Below are positions 7,578-16,595 of a DNA stretch of 64,000 nt, one piece after another. The stretch lies in IMG/VR virus record IMGVR_UViG_3300025815_000010, positions 1 to 64,000 of that record. One strand, 5' to 3'. The translations under genes and the position numbers were made by a program. The DNA comes from a virus. The notes under the pieces were generated by a model, which was given only the letters and a program-made list of their open reading frames with translations, searched no databases and was not told where the DNA came from. How positions within the stretch are numbered: position 1 is the first letter of the stretch; each line of letters begins with the position of its first letter.

Positions 7578-10451
7578 TTAATCATCAAATGAAGCGCCAC
7601 TTCTTGTGATCACGAAGTCAACCGCAATAAACTCGATTGCCCTTGCTGGCTTGAGGAAAATCTTGGCATACAAGATGTTTCTGTCAACAAGGTCTGGTGT
7701 TGTGGTTGTCTCGTCAAGAACAACGCGGAACTCGGTGAGACCCAATCTGGCCTGAACGGAACCCAAGAACTTATCTGCCTCTGTCTTGAAGCGAGTCCAA
7801 GTAGTCTTGACGTTCTGGTCGAAGAGGATACCGGCAGCAATTCTAGAAATTCTCTTCTTGAGGAAGATAAGCAGCCTACGAACATTGATTCTGTCTAGGG
7901 CACTTGGAGTTACCTGTAGTGTCTTCTGGCCGAAGATTACAATACCCTCTGACGGGAATGTAGCGATTGGGTTGATGTTGGCCTCATAGAGATCATCACG
8001 ATCCTCTCTTCGCAGTCTCTCGACCGTTGAGAGGACGGGGAATCCACCAGCACCAGTGCTTAGGCCACCTCTTGTGAATCCTGCTGGAGCAAACCAAAGC
8101 TCAGAGCGAGCCTCAGAAGAAGCGAACGTTCCAATTGCAATAACAGAAGGCGGTACCCAGAGTGAGCCGTTAGAGATATCATCTCTGATTCGTACCCATG
8201 GATAGAATGTACAGCCATAGCTTGTATTAATTCTTCTCTGCTCAAGGCTAGATACAGTGGAAGAGACACTACCAACTCTACTCTGGAAATCAAGAGTGGA
8301 CTCTGTAGTTGGGGTGTAGCCCTCCTCTATGTCGATGACTGCAAGGCAGTCAGAACGAGCCTCAGCCACCGAAAGAAGCTGATCCGTAATGATTGGCTGC
8401 GTGATACCCGGTGCTGCAATGATGTTTGCTTCCACAAACTCTGGGTCTGCAACAGTGTCGATGGCTCTTTTAACAGTATTGTAAGCATAGCTAGTCGCTT
8501 CTGTAGGGCTTGAGCCAATTGCTGTGTTGTTAAAAGGCTCTTGCTCGCCGATATCAACACCATCATGACCACCCCATAGAGGCATTGTAAACCTGCTGTA
8601 ACCAGCGTCTAGAGAGGCTGTATGTGCCCCAGCAGCGCCATTTAAAGAAGTTTCAGCAGCAGCCGAACCTGACTCGTAAACTCCACCAGTCTTCACATCA
8701 TCTAGTGTAAAGATGAAAGAATACTCAAACGATCCACCAGCAGTAAACGTAGAAGACGCACCGGGAGCAGGTCTAACATAGTCAGCATAGCCTGGATCGT
8801 GTCTAGTGCTAGTAGCAGTAGTTGTTGGCTGAATTCCAAAATAAGCCTTAGTAGGATCGGAAAGGCCCCCGTCAGAGGCGTTTGATCTAAGTGGGATAGA
8901 TGGGAATATGAAAGAAGCAGTGAATTGAGCACCCATTCCAGCATGATGGAAGAAAGCAGTGTCATCCAAATCAGTTGGTCTTGCGTCTGCTGGCACTCTC
9001 GCATCCGAGCCTGTAGCAAATGTATCAACCTGTGAGCTGTTCGAACCTGAGTCGAATGTATCGACACTTCCAGAAAACACACTAAAGTCATGTGGCTTAG
9101 GAGGACCATAGAAGCCAAATGGCAGCAAGGAAGGGGCAGCCAAGCCATCTGCCACAATAGCGTTCATGACAACGTAAATGTATTTAGACTGGTTATCGAA
9201 CTCGCCATACTGGCGAAGTCTTCTTTCTGTAGTATTCCACTGTACATACTTATCACCAATCTTCTTAGCAATGTAATCCTCGGAAGCAGGATTCAAGTTG
9301 CAGCCTGTGAACTGCTCAACAATTTCAGGTGCATTATCAGAATCACTTGCACGACGAATCTGAACAGTGAAGGTTCCGTAAGCGTCAATATCGTTTCTTG
9401 GAGCCTTAATATCAGCGATTGAAATCTTAAGGTTCTTTGAAGCCCACTCAGCGTGATTTAGGGCCACGAATTTGAATAGGTTCTGTGTATCTACCTGAGC
9501 ATCAAAGCTTGTGTAGGTTGTAGAAGTATTCTGCGAGAACACAAATCCAGTCTCACCATCGTCAAATTCTCTTCTCTTGTAGGAAAAATTGTTAGCTGCT
9601 GTCTCATCCAGGCCAAGTGGGACAACAATTCCGTAAATGTCTCCAGATAGGCCAGGATCGTCAATGGCAAATCTCTCAAATGTCTCACCAAGCCAGTATT
9701 TGTTGGCTACGTTTCTAACATCGGCCTGTGTTGTGTGATCACCATCTCTACCATTTCCAAGTTGTGGGTTCGTGTTAAATACCTTTCTAATATACTTGGA
9801 AGAGTTTCTGTCAAAGTTGAAAGAAGAAGTGTAATGACTTATTCCATCGCTAATAACTGCTTTGAATAAAGAATCGTTTGTCTTCAATAGACCAAGGGTT
9901 CCCTTATCGTCTGCAGCTGCGATATTTGTTCCAGAAAGTTCTACCGTGGCTCCGTTAGTGTAGAAAACAGCTGCAAGACGACCATCACCAATATCAACAT
10001 TCTTCATGTCAGTGGATGCAGAAGCGAACACAAACAGACCATAAGCTCCATCATTAGTCGCAGTGACAGTCGTAGGACCTGCATCGCCAGCCTGCCAGCC
10101 AGCTAGTCCCTTTCCTGTTGCGCTGCCGTCCTGTGCCCCAAGTAACCTAACATAATTAACAGGACCTACTCCAGCACGAAGGTAAGCCATGGCTGCGTAA
10201 GCGCCGTATGTTGGCCCTACGTAGTTGCCATCACGCCATACATCGTCACCACGTCCACCTGGGATCGGGTTACCGTAGAACTCAATAAACTCAGAAGGAG
10301 AGTTAATTCTGATTGGACGCATTGCAGGGCCGTAATCAGAACGACCAATGATGATTGGTCCAACATCCGGCAAGTCGTTCGGAAGCTGTGAGTTATCAAC
10401 TTCGTTAATAAAAATGCCAGGGGATACGAATCTAAACTTTCTTTCAGCCAT
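7578..10451 (-). CDS. tail sheath protein (T4 gp18-like)
   Basis: FVSPGIFINEVDNS at the N-terminus; WFAPAGFTRG, LYEANINPIATFP..GIVIFGQKTLQ, LDRINVRRLL, KPARAIEFI at the C-terminus. Confidence 0.95.
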   Translation of the reverse strand: MAERKFRFVSPGIFINEVDNSQLPNDLPDVGPIIIGRSDYGPAMRPIRINSPSEFIEFYGNPIPGGRGDDVWRDGNYVGPTYGAYAAMAYLRAGVGPVNYVRLLGAQDGSATGKGLAGWQAGDAGPTTVTATNDGAYGLFVFASASTDMKNVDIGDGRLAAVFYTNGATVELSGTNIAAADDKGTLGLLKTNDSLFKAVISDGISHYTSSFNFDRNSSKYIRKVFNTNPQLGNGRDGDHTTQADVRNVANKYWLGETFERFAIDDPGLSGDIYGIVVPLGLDETAANNFSYKRREFDDGETGFVFSQNTSTTYTSFDAQVDTQNLFKFVALNHAEWASKNLKISIADIKAPRNDIDAYGTFTVQIRRASDSDNAPEIVEQFTGCNLNPASEDYIAKKIGDKYVQWNTTERRLRQYGEFDNQSKYIYVVMNAIVADGLAAPSLLPFGFYGPPKPHDFSVFSGSVDTFDSGSNSSQVDTFATGSDARVPADARPTDLDDTAFFHHAGMGAQFTASFIFPSIPLRSNASDGGLSDPTKAYFGIQPTTTATSTRHDPGYADYVRPAPGASSTFTAGGSFEYSFIFTLDDVKTGGVYESGSAAAETSLNGAAGAHTASLDAGYSRFTMPLWGGHDGVDIGEQEPFNNTAIGSSPTEATSYAYNTVKRAIDTVADPEFVEANIIAAPGITQPIITDQLLSVAEARSDCLAVIDIEEGYTPTTESTLDFQSRVGSVSSTVSSLEQRRINTSYGCTFYPWVRIRDDISNGSLWVPPSVIAIGTFASSEARSELWFAPAGFTRGGLSTGAGGFPVLSTVERLRREDRDDLYEANINPIATFPSEGIVIFGQKTLQVTPSALDRINVRRLLIFLKKRISRIAAGILFDQNVKTTWTRFKTEADKFLGSVQARLGLTEFRVVLDETTTTPDLVDRNILYAKIFLKPARAIEFIAVDFVITRSGASFDD

Positions 10452-10486
10452 TTGGTAGAGTCTCCTAAATAGATATCTTTACGTAA

Positions 10487-10494
10487 TAAATAGT
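10487..10494 (-). promoter_or_regulatory. candidate late promoter motif ACTATTTA
   Basis: 35 nt upstream of the sheath start. Confidence 0.6.
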
Positions 10495-10518
10495 ATTTTA
10501 AAAGACGAAAGTCTGATT

Positions 10519-11430
10519 TTACTCTCTATAAAACAGGTGGATGCTCCTAGTGGAGTCAAACTCTGGGATATCGCCTACTATAACTCTTTCTCTGGGTATC
10601 TTAACTTCTACAGCGTTTTCTCGTACTGTGAGCTTTGGTCGTTCCCTATTCGGGCCTTCTCCGATAAGATAACCCAATATTTTAATTGTTATTGGCACCT
10701 CATACATACGTTCTTCTTCACCTAACGAAGCAACGTTGCTTGTCTGCCCAAAGTCTCCCTGTATGAAACCTTCAAAGCGATGACCCTCATGGTCAATAAA
10801 AAAGTTATTTATTTGTCCAGTGCTTGTGATAAATGGAGTTATGATTTCGTTTATTTGCTGTTGGTATTCTGTTCTTACCGTTACAGCGTAATCCACAACA
10901 ACGTAAGTTGGAATAGGCATAGAAATTGTTTCATACACAACCTTGCCTGGGTTCTTTGATGGAAAGTTTTGCTGTCCTACCCCAACGTCTGCAGCACTCA
11001 TAGAGCCCTCTAGTCTAGCCGTGTCTGCGTTTAAGAAGTTGGATGTTTTCTCCTGCTGTATCTTTCTAGCAACTACAAGCGCACCACCTTTAAAATCATT
11101 TGTCTCTGGTATATGAGACCAAGCAACCCCTTTCATGCTAGGGTCTTTCTTCATTGATTTTCTTTCTATAGTGAGCATAGGAAGTTTAAGGATACCCTTA
11201 TCATCCCTCAGCCCCTTATCTCTCTTGATTTGCAGTGCTCTTTCTGCAGATACCCAGATGACAGGTACCTTCTTAAAGCCTTTATTTGTAGTTACTGATA
11301 TGTTCAGTGTATCATTAATATAATTTAGGAAAGCCGTATCAATTGTTTCAATCGTGGAAGGCATAAAAGAAACTTCTTTTAGCTTTCCGTCGATTCCTTT
11401 TATGCCTGTATAACTATTATCATGTGGCAT
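10519..11430 (-). CDS. putative tail terminator / sheath stabiliser (T4 gp15-like)
   Basis: KVPVIWVSAER, LPMLTIER, P.YV.V.Y.V.VRTEYQQQINEII; lies between neck proteins and sheath. Confidence 0.6.
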   Translation of the reverse strand: MPHDNSYTGIKGIDGKLKEVSFMPSTIETIDTAFLNYINDTLNISVTTNKGFKKVPVIWVSAERALQIKRDKGLRDDKGILKLPMLTIERKSMKKDPSMKGVAWSHIPETNDFKGGALVVARKIQQEKTSNFLNADTARLEGSMSAADVGVGQQNFPSKNPGKVVYETISMPIPTYVVVDYAVTVRTEYQQQINEIITPFITSTGQINNFFIDHEGHRFEGFIQGDFGQTSNVASLGEEERMYEVPITIKILGYLIGEGPNRERPKLTVRENAVEVKIPRERVIVGDIPEFDSTRSIHLFYRE

Positions 11431-11908
11431 CGAATAGGCCCTCGCGTGCTCTTATACATTTAGCAGATATCTCTAGCTTGTGGTCAATCTGTCCATAGAT
11501 TAGCTTTGGTTCAGAAAGCGTTACAATCTCATATAATGAGTTTCCATAAAGAACAAAGTCTCCCTCTCTTACAAAAAGATTTTGATCTTCTGTTAGTCTA
11601 CGCTTATGAAAATGAATTGTAATTCCCTGTGTCTTGTCCAGGCCAATGTTTTTGGTATATTCTGTTTTAAGGCCGTCGTACTCAATGAGAGCTTTGACTG
11701 CAATCGGAGGTAAAAAAGTCTTTTGTATTGCCTCCCCGTATACAGGATGGTACTTGGTTCTCTCCACATCTAGAGGGTAGTAAGCAATTGTTTGGCCCAC
11801 AACTCTTTCAATAATCTCGTCGTTAACTTGTTTAACGAGATCTCGCTCCTTCGCACCAGTAAAGAGCGGAGGAGGCGGAGCATCAGGTTGTGTCCATTTA
11901 TTTGCCAT
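11420..11908 (-). CDS. neck / head-closure protein (T4 gp14-like)
   Basis: ELIE.VVGQ..AYY-type N-terminus, HPVYGEA..K.F, VREGDFV.YG..LYEI; synteny fits. Confidence 0.65.
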   Translation of the reverse strand: MANKWTQPDAPPPPLFTGAKERDLVKQVNDEIIERVVGQTIAYYPLDVERTKYHPVYGEAIQKTFLPPIAVKALIEYDGLKTEYTKNIGLDKTQGITIHFHKRRLTEDQNLFVREGDFVLYGNSLYEIVTLSEPKLIYGQIDHKLEISAKCIRAREGLFDAT

Positions 11909-11912
11909 TTAG

Positions 11913-13235
11913 TTATCCTACGAAGATTGGTGAAGGAACTTTCTGAGATATCTTTTCTGCTGCATCCATAAGCTCTGCATCAGTCTTCGCAATCTGTAGA
12001 TAAGTTGTTTCATCTAGAATCTTCTTTAGCTCATCTACTAATGCTGTCTTCTCTGCTGCTGCTTGAGACAGAAGATCGCTAGAGTTTAGAGTTACATTGT
12101 CTCCAGGGATTGGAATGTTGCCACCGAACTTGCCACGAATTTGACCAAGCATTTCTTTACTAAGTGCTAGAGCAAAACGCCTAATCCAATGCTTTCCAAT
12201 CGCGTTAATGTTAGAATATCCGATGTTATCAAACGGAAGAGAGTTTATATTGTTAATGCCATTGATTCCGGTGTCCGTGGTTCCGTCTTCTTCCCACGCA
12301 TTTCTCTCAATTGTAAACTTAACAAAGAATCTGTCTGTGATTCTATTGTCCGGTGGTGGGTAAAGAGTAAGTTTATTGTTTATAATCTCATAGGAGTAGT
12401 GAGAAACTCTTGTGTAGATATGGTCCTCATACGCCATCGCCTGCATCTTATTCTGCCATGCAGGGATAATCTCAAATGTTGAATCATCTGCAAACTGACC
12501 ATAAGTAGCCATATTACCGATAACGTTAATGCCACCGTAGTATCCGAAGAATCTCCACATAGCTGCTGGTGTCTTGTAGTAAACCCTTGTGATGCGTACT
12601 TTATTATTGCCTACCAGGCCACTAAAGTCCACAGCATTACCAGTGCCAGAGTCCAAGCCAGTGTCGGAAGCACCAGAAATAATGTTTTGTAAATCGTATG
12701 TTGGCTGCCCCTGAACCGTGTTGAAAGAAGCAGAATACTCTGTTAGGTTTCCTCCAAAGCCAGCGTACTCTGCTACTCCTTCTCCCACCTTTCTAGCATA
12801 ATCGAACCGGAATCTAGGATACTTAAGATTAATCTTAGAGCCATAGCTTGCACTAGCGTCTCCACCAGTCATCTGACCTTCATGGTCGAAAGAAGCAGTA
12901 GCTTGCCCCAGTACGCTTGGAAGAGCATTCTTTGATTGATGTAAGTTAATCTGGTATGAGTATTCTAAAACTGCTTCTTCATAAGCAGAATACACATTTG
13001 CCGTAGTTAGCTCAATATCTAGAACATCGCCACCAAGCTTCTTATAAACATAAGCTACTTGGTCTGCAGCACCTGATACAAAGTTTTCATCATATAGATC
13101 TCCTCCCGTTGTATACAAGCCAATTGGATAATTCGTAGAATTACCTGCACCATCTGCTGTTGTGATGGTACTGCCTGTAGACGGGAGGATCACCTTACTA
13201 GAGGTGCTAGCGGGTGTCAGATTGGGAAGTGCCAT
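11913..13235 (-). CDS. neck / head-tail adaptor protein (T4 gp13-like)
   Basis: KLGGDVLDIELT...YEEAVLEY; C-terminal WIRRFALALSKEMLGQIRGKF..IPIPG..VTLN..DL. Confidence 0.75.
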   Translation of the reverse strand: MALPNLTPASTSSKVILPSTGSTITTADGAGNSTNYPIGLYTTGGDLYDENFVSGAADQVAYVYKKLGGDVLDIELTTANVYSAYEEAVLEYSYQINLHQSKNALPSVLGQATASFDHEGQMTGGDASASYGSKINLKYPRFRFDYARKVGEGVAEYAGFGGNLTEYSASFNTVQGQPTYDLQNIISGASDTGLDSGTGNAVDFSGLVGNNKVRITRVYYKTPAAMWRFFGYYGGINVIGNMATYGQFADDSTFEIIPAWQNKMQAMAYEDHIYTRVSHYSYEIINNKLTLYPPPDNRITDRFFVKFTIERNAWEEDGTTDTGINGINNINSLPFDNIGYSNINAIGKHWIRRFALALSKEMLGQIRGKFGGNIPIPGDNVTLNSSDLLSQAAAEKTALVDELKKILDETTYLQIAKTDAELMDAAEKISQKVPSPIFVG

Positions 13236-13258
13236 AGAGAGGTTCTCCTAATACATAG

Positions 13259-13266
13259 TAATTAGT
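13259..13266 (-). promoter_or_regulatory. candidate late promoter motif ACTAATTA
   Basis: 23 nt upstream of the gp13-like start. Confidence 0.55.
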
Positions 13267-13297
13267 TTGATTATGCTAAAACCCCACATAGCTACAA

Positions 13298-13612
13298 TTA
13301 TTCTGGCTGTTCAACGCTCACAGTCTTTTTGGGGGCTGCCGTCTTGCGCGGCTTACGCTTGGCTCTTGGCTTACGCTTAGGCGCTGGCTTGGGTGGCTCT
13401 TCAGCAACTGGCTCTGGAACTACTGCTGGAACTGGAGCTTCAACAATCTCCTCCTCTTGTAGCAGTGGAGCAGTAACCTCCTCCAACACCTCTGCTGTCG
13501 TCTGGGCCTCTTGCTCTTGTGGCAACCCTCTCTTAGAAGCAATTCTCTGTCGTACCATAGCGTATTTTGTGGCATACTTTGCCATAGTCAAACGTTTCTT
13601 TCTCTTGCCCAT
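13298..13612 (-). CDS. hypothetical protein, basic-acidic-basic low complexity
   Basis: 104 aa with AAGGAG SD. Lys/Arg-rich ends (MGKRKKR; PKRKPRAKRKPRKTAAPKK) and a Glu/Pro/Val-rich middle. Confidence 0.7.
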   Translation of the reverse strand: MGKRKKRLTMAKYATKYAMVRQRIASKRGLPQEQEAQTTAEVLEEVTAPLLQEEEIVEAPVPAVVPEPVAEEPPKPAPKRKPRAKRKPRKTAAPKKTVSVEQPE

Positions 13613-13642
13613 AATAACTCCTTTTGGACTTAAAAACTATAA

Positions 13643-14071
13643 TCAGTTAGTAAAGTTATACGTACCAGAGATGTGGCCTTCACCAACCCAGCTGTAAGTT
13701 CCTCCGATATTATGGGCTGTGAGGCGCACAACGCCCATACTACCTTGGCTTGATGTCATGTGGATGCCATAGGACTGGAAAGGACATTCATCAGACTTTA
13801 CATTACTGTCTGCTCCACCGTCATTGTAGAGGAAAAGGCCGCCGACAATGTTGTTGGAGCCAGTGATAGAGACTGTCTGTGTCATGGATGGAGCGGAAAA
13901 GATTTCAAAATAAGCTCCATCGCCTGCCTCTGGCAAGGTTAGCGTAATTGCGCTTGAACCACTGCACACGTAAGACTCTCCAGACTCTGATTGGGTCAGT
14001 GTCTTGTCTGCTGTTACATTCTCGACTCTCTTCCTAGAAGCTACTCTAGCTACTCTTGCTGAACGTGCCAT
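13643..14071 (-). CDS. putative capsid decoration / minor virion protein, paralog 2
   Basis: Start moved to ATG 14071 (GGAGA SD; the track's start lies in a terminator). MARSARVARVASRKRVE...ESGE...ITLTLP....GAYF is shared with the neighbour. Confidence 0.6.
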   Translation of the reverse strand: MARSARVARVASRKRVENVTADKTLTQSESGESYVCSGSSAITLTLPEAGDGAYFEIFSAPSMTQTVSITGSNNIVGGLFLYNDGGADSNVKSDECPFQSYGIHMTSSQGSMGVVRLTAHNIGGTYSWVGEGHISGTYNFTN

Positions 14072-14102
14072 TTGTTTTTCTCCATGATAAAACGTTACAG
14101 TA

Positions 14103-14110
14103 TAAATAGT
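14103..14110 (-). promoter_or_regulatory. candidate late promoter motif ACTATTTA
   Basis: Just after a terminator, 31 nt upstream of ATG 14071. Confidence 0.6.
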
Positions 14111-14129
14111 ATTTAACTTGCCTAAAAGC

Positions 14130-14160
14130 AAAAAACCCCCAACCGGATGGAAAGGGGCTT
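14130..14160 (-). terminator. probable intrinsic terminator
   Basis: AAGCCCC...GGGGG stem followed by TTTTTT, just after the stop of the 14181-14627 gene. Confidence 0.6.
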
Positions 14161-14180
14161 AGAAGATTAAAAGCTATTTC

Positions 14181-14627
14181 TTACTGGTCGCCAAACGCTA
14201 GTGTTCCGCCTGTTGCTCTACCAGTACATAGCCATTTAGTGCCGTCGCTGTAGCACTCAAGATAAGAACCAGCTGTACAGCCAGCGCCAAAGGTTACTTT
14301 ATCTTTATTGGCAGCTGATTGACTTAAGGCATCAATCTCGCCCGTGGCAGACTCTTGAACTAAATATCCATCCATTCTAAGGTTTGCCTCACTAGCATTA
14401 ATAATCACAGATTTACCGCCACCGACGACGACACTGATCATAAACTTGAAATAAGCTCCATCTTGCACTGCCGGTAATGTAATGACAACATCGTTTGTTG
14501 CATCAATAAAATAAAGCTCACCAGTCTCAGCAGCTTGGATTGTTTTCGTAGCATCAGCAGACGATGCATCGATTGTCTCAACTCTCTGGCGGCTTGCAAC
14601 TCTAGCCGATCTTGCAACTCTTGACAT
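14181..14627 (-). CDS. putative capsid decoration / minor virion protein, paralog 1
   Basis: MSRVARSARVASRQRVE...ETGE...ITLP....GAYFKF...SDGTKW; immediately downstream of the major capsid gene; AGGAG SD. Confidence 0.6.
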   Translation of the reverse strand: MSRVARSARVASRQRVETIDASSADATKTIQAAETGELYFIDATNDVVITLPAVQDGAYFKFMISVVVGGGKSVIINASEANLRMDGYLVQESATGEIDALSQSAANKDKVTFGAGCTAGSYLECYSDGTKWLCTGRATGGTLAFGDQ

Positions 14628-14680
14628 ATTAATATCTCCTTTTAATTACAATAATAGGCTTACCGCCTCTCTATCACTTA

Positions 14681-14688
14681 TAAATAGT
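14681..14688 (-). promoter_or_regulatory. candidate late promoter motif ACTATTTA
   Basis: Just after the capsid terminator, 53 nt upstream of ATG 14627. Confidence 0.6.
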
Positions 14689-14701
14689 ATGTTGCAAAAG
14701 T

Positions 14702-14740
14702 AAAAGAAAAAAAAGCCCTGCCTTTTTAGGGGCAGGGCTT
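14702..14740 (-). terminator. intrinsic terminator after the major capsid gene
   Basis: 10-bp perfect stem AAGCCCTGCC/GGCAGGGCTT followed by a long U tract on the minus strand. Confidence 0.9.
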
Positions 14741-14763
14741 AAGTCCTCAAGGACTAGTAGCTA

Positions 14764-16575
14764 TCAGCTACCAGACTCACCGAGGAGGCCACGACAGACG
14801 ACAAGACCGTACATGTCAGGACGTACCATCTTCTTGGCGTAGCGTGTCATCACGCCCTTGCGAGGTACGAAGTCCTCGACACCGAAGATAGTTGGCGTCA
14901 CCTGGAGCGGTACGTATGGAGCGTACACGTAGCCAGACTCAAGGAAGCTGGAGCCCTTGCGACCAACGAGGATGAGGTTACGTGGGAAGTAAGGATCGAC
15001 GTAAACGTCGAACTTCTTCGAAACGGAACCAACGTTGACAGCGCCAACAGTGCCACGGTCAGCATCAGCGGTAACGCTTGCGCGGAAGCCGGATGTGAAC
15101 TCAAGGATGTTAGCAACCTCTGGAGACGTAACGAGGAAGTTTGCACCGCCACGTAGCGTCTTACGATGGATCTGAGCGGACACATCGTTGATGGTCTCGA
15201 TGAGCGTCTCGTACCACTCGGAAACCGTACCAGTGAAGTCAGGAGCAGCCGCAGTAGCGCCAAGCTCAAGACCCGTGGAACGATCCACGAAGAGGCCAGG
15301 CGAACGGCTCCAGTAGTACGTACCAGCGGTAGCACCCTGGATAAGATCGTTTACGATCTCACGGTCGATCTCAAGAGCAATCTGCTCGGAGAGGATGCTT
15401 GTAAGCTCAACCTCTGCATCCAAGTTGTGGAATGCGTTGAGGTCCTGACCAAGCTCTGGGGACCACTTGGCCTTGAGCTTCTTAGTCACGGCTGTGACGC
15501 TCACAGAATCGACCTTGATATCGATCTCTGGGATCTGATCCTTACCAGCGCCACCCTCTCCTGATACGTTAGTTGCAAGCTCAAGTGGGAAGTTGCTTCC
15601 CTCGATAGCACCAGCTGCTGCACCAGCAGTTGTAAACGTATCGGCAACTGGGTACCCAACAACGCCGAATGCATCGCCAACCGCAAAAGCATTTGTACCG
15701 GCAACGTGTGTAATTGCCGTACCTGCTGTATTGGCAAAGACAAATCTCAGCGTATCAGAATCAACCTTCTGCGTCAAGCGTCTTACAAGCTGCGTACTTG
15801 CAGGCATTGTAGAGGCAGCAGCACCGTCATCAATTGTCAAGATAGCGGTCCCGTCTCCTGCTTCAATAGCGGTTAGAAGGTCTAGGTTGAGGTCCGACAT
15901 CTTAGCAAAGTCAGTGTCAAAAACTGCAACAGTCCAGGTTGTCTGCGCAAGAAGATCTGGGTCGAAACGAAGAATCTTCTTTTCCGCCTCAGTAAGAGCG
16001 CTCACCAACTTAGAAGCAATTTGAATTGTCTCAATAACAAGACCACCGTTTGTGGCATCGTCAGCGTCAGTGCCAGACGTGACAACAGAGCCTGTTGGCG
16101 AAGAATAGGCATTTGCCATGTTGTAGAAGCCGCCGCCCTCTTCAGTAATCTCTGTCACACCACCAGTAAGCTGGCTACCAACAACACCACCACCATAAAT
16201 TGAATCTGGCGTAGTGCCGTCAATACCAAGACGGTCGTTGGAGTACGTAAAGTCGAGGAAGAAGATGAGACCTGCCGGGAGGCTCATCGGCTGAACGCTA
16301 ACGAGGTCGTTGGCCAAAAGACCACCGAACACGCGACGAACAATTGGGAATGCAACAGCAGCGAAGCCCTCAACATCGCCAGCTGCCATGGTGGAGACCT
16401 CACGAAGAAGCTCCTTAGCCTGGTTCTCAAGTAGACGTGACATGCTAGCACGATCACGATCATCGGAGATACCCTCAAGGAGACCCGTGGCCTCCCACTT
16501 GGACTGAAGTGCCGCGCCTTCCTTTGCAAGATCGCGGTCAACAATGCCCTCTGTTAACTTCTGTAGTATAGACAT
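14764..16575 (-). CDS. major capsid protein (T4 gp23-like)
   Basis: KW..TGLLEG, LLENQ, PIVRRVF, VSVQPM..P.GLIF, KLKAKWSPEL.QDL.A.H.LDAE.EL..ILSEQIALEIDREI, YAPYVPL, F.PRKGVMTRY; AGGAGG SD; strong codon bias. Confidence 0.97.
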   Translation of the reverse strand: MSILQKLTEGIVDRDLAKEGAALQSKWEATGLLEGISDDRDRASMSRLLENQAKELLREVSTMAAGDVEGFAAVAFPIVRRVFGGLLANDLVSVQPMSLPAGLIFFLDFTYSNDRLGIDGTTPDSIYGGGVVGSQLTGGVTEITEEGGGFYNMANAYSSPTGSVVTSGTDADDATNGGLVIETIQIASKLVSALTEAEKKILRFDPDLLAQTTWTVAVFDTDFAKMSDLNLDLLTAIEAGDGTAILTIDDGAAASTMPASTQLVRRLTQKVDSDTLRFVFANTAGTAITHVAGTNAFAVGDAFGVVGYPVADTFTTAGAAAGAIEGSNFPLELATNVSGEGGAGKDQIPEIDIKVDSVSVTAVTKKLKAKWSPELGQDLNAFHNLDAEVELTSILSEQIALEIDREIVNDLIQGATAGTYYWSRSPGLFVDRSTGLELGATAAAPDFTGTVSEWYETLIETINDVSAQIHRKTLRGGANFLVTSPEVANILEFTSGFRASVTADADRGTVGAVNVGSVSKKFDVYVDPYFPRNLILVGRKGSSFLESGYVYAPYVPLQVTPTIFGVEDFVPRKGVMTRYAKKMVRPDMYGLVVCRGLLGESGS

Positions 16576-16595
16576 GATTAAAATCCTCCTAAAAT

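Noticed and set aside
7578-10451. Bacterial contractile injection system or tailocin interpretation of the tail genes
   Set aside because: Capsid, portal, protease, terminase and primase genes are in the same locus, so this is a phage.
10500-10515. Small hairpin AGAC-TTTC-GTCT followed by Ts after the gp15-like gene
   Set aside because: A 4-bp stem is too weak to call a terminator.
14101-14686. Exact T4 late promoter TATAAATA on the plus strand at 14101 and 14679
   Set aside because: They point antisense to all genes and are simply the reverse complement of the ACTATTTATA motif. Most other copies of the motif do not give TATAAATA.
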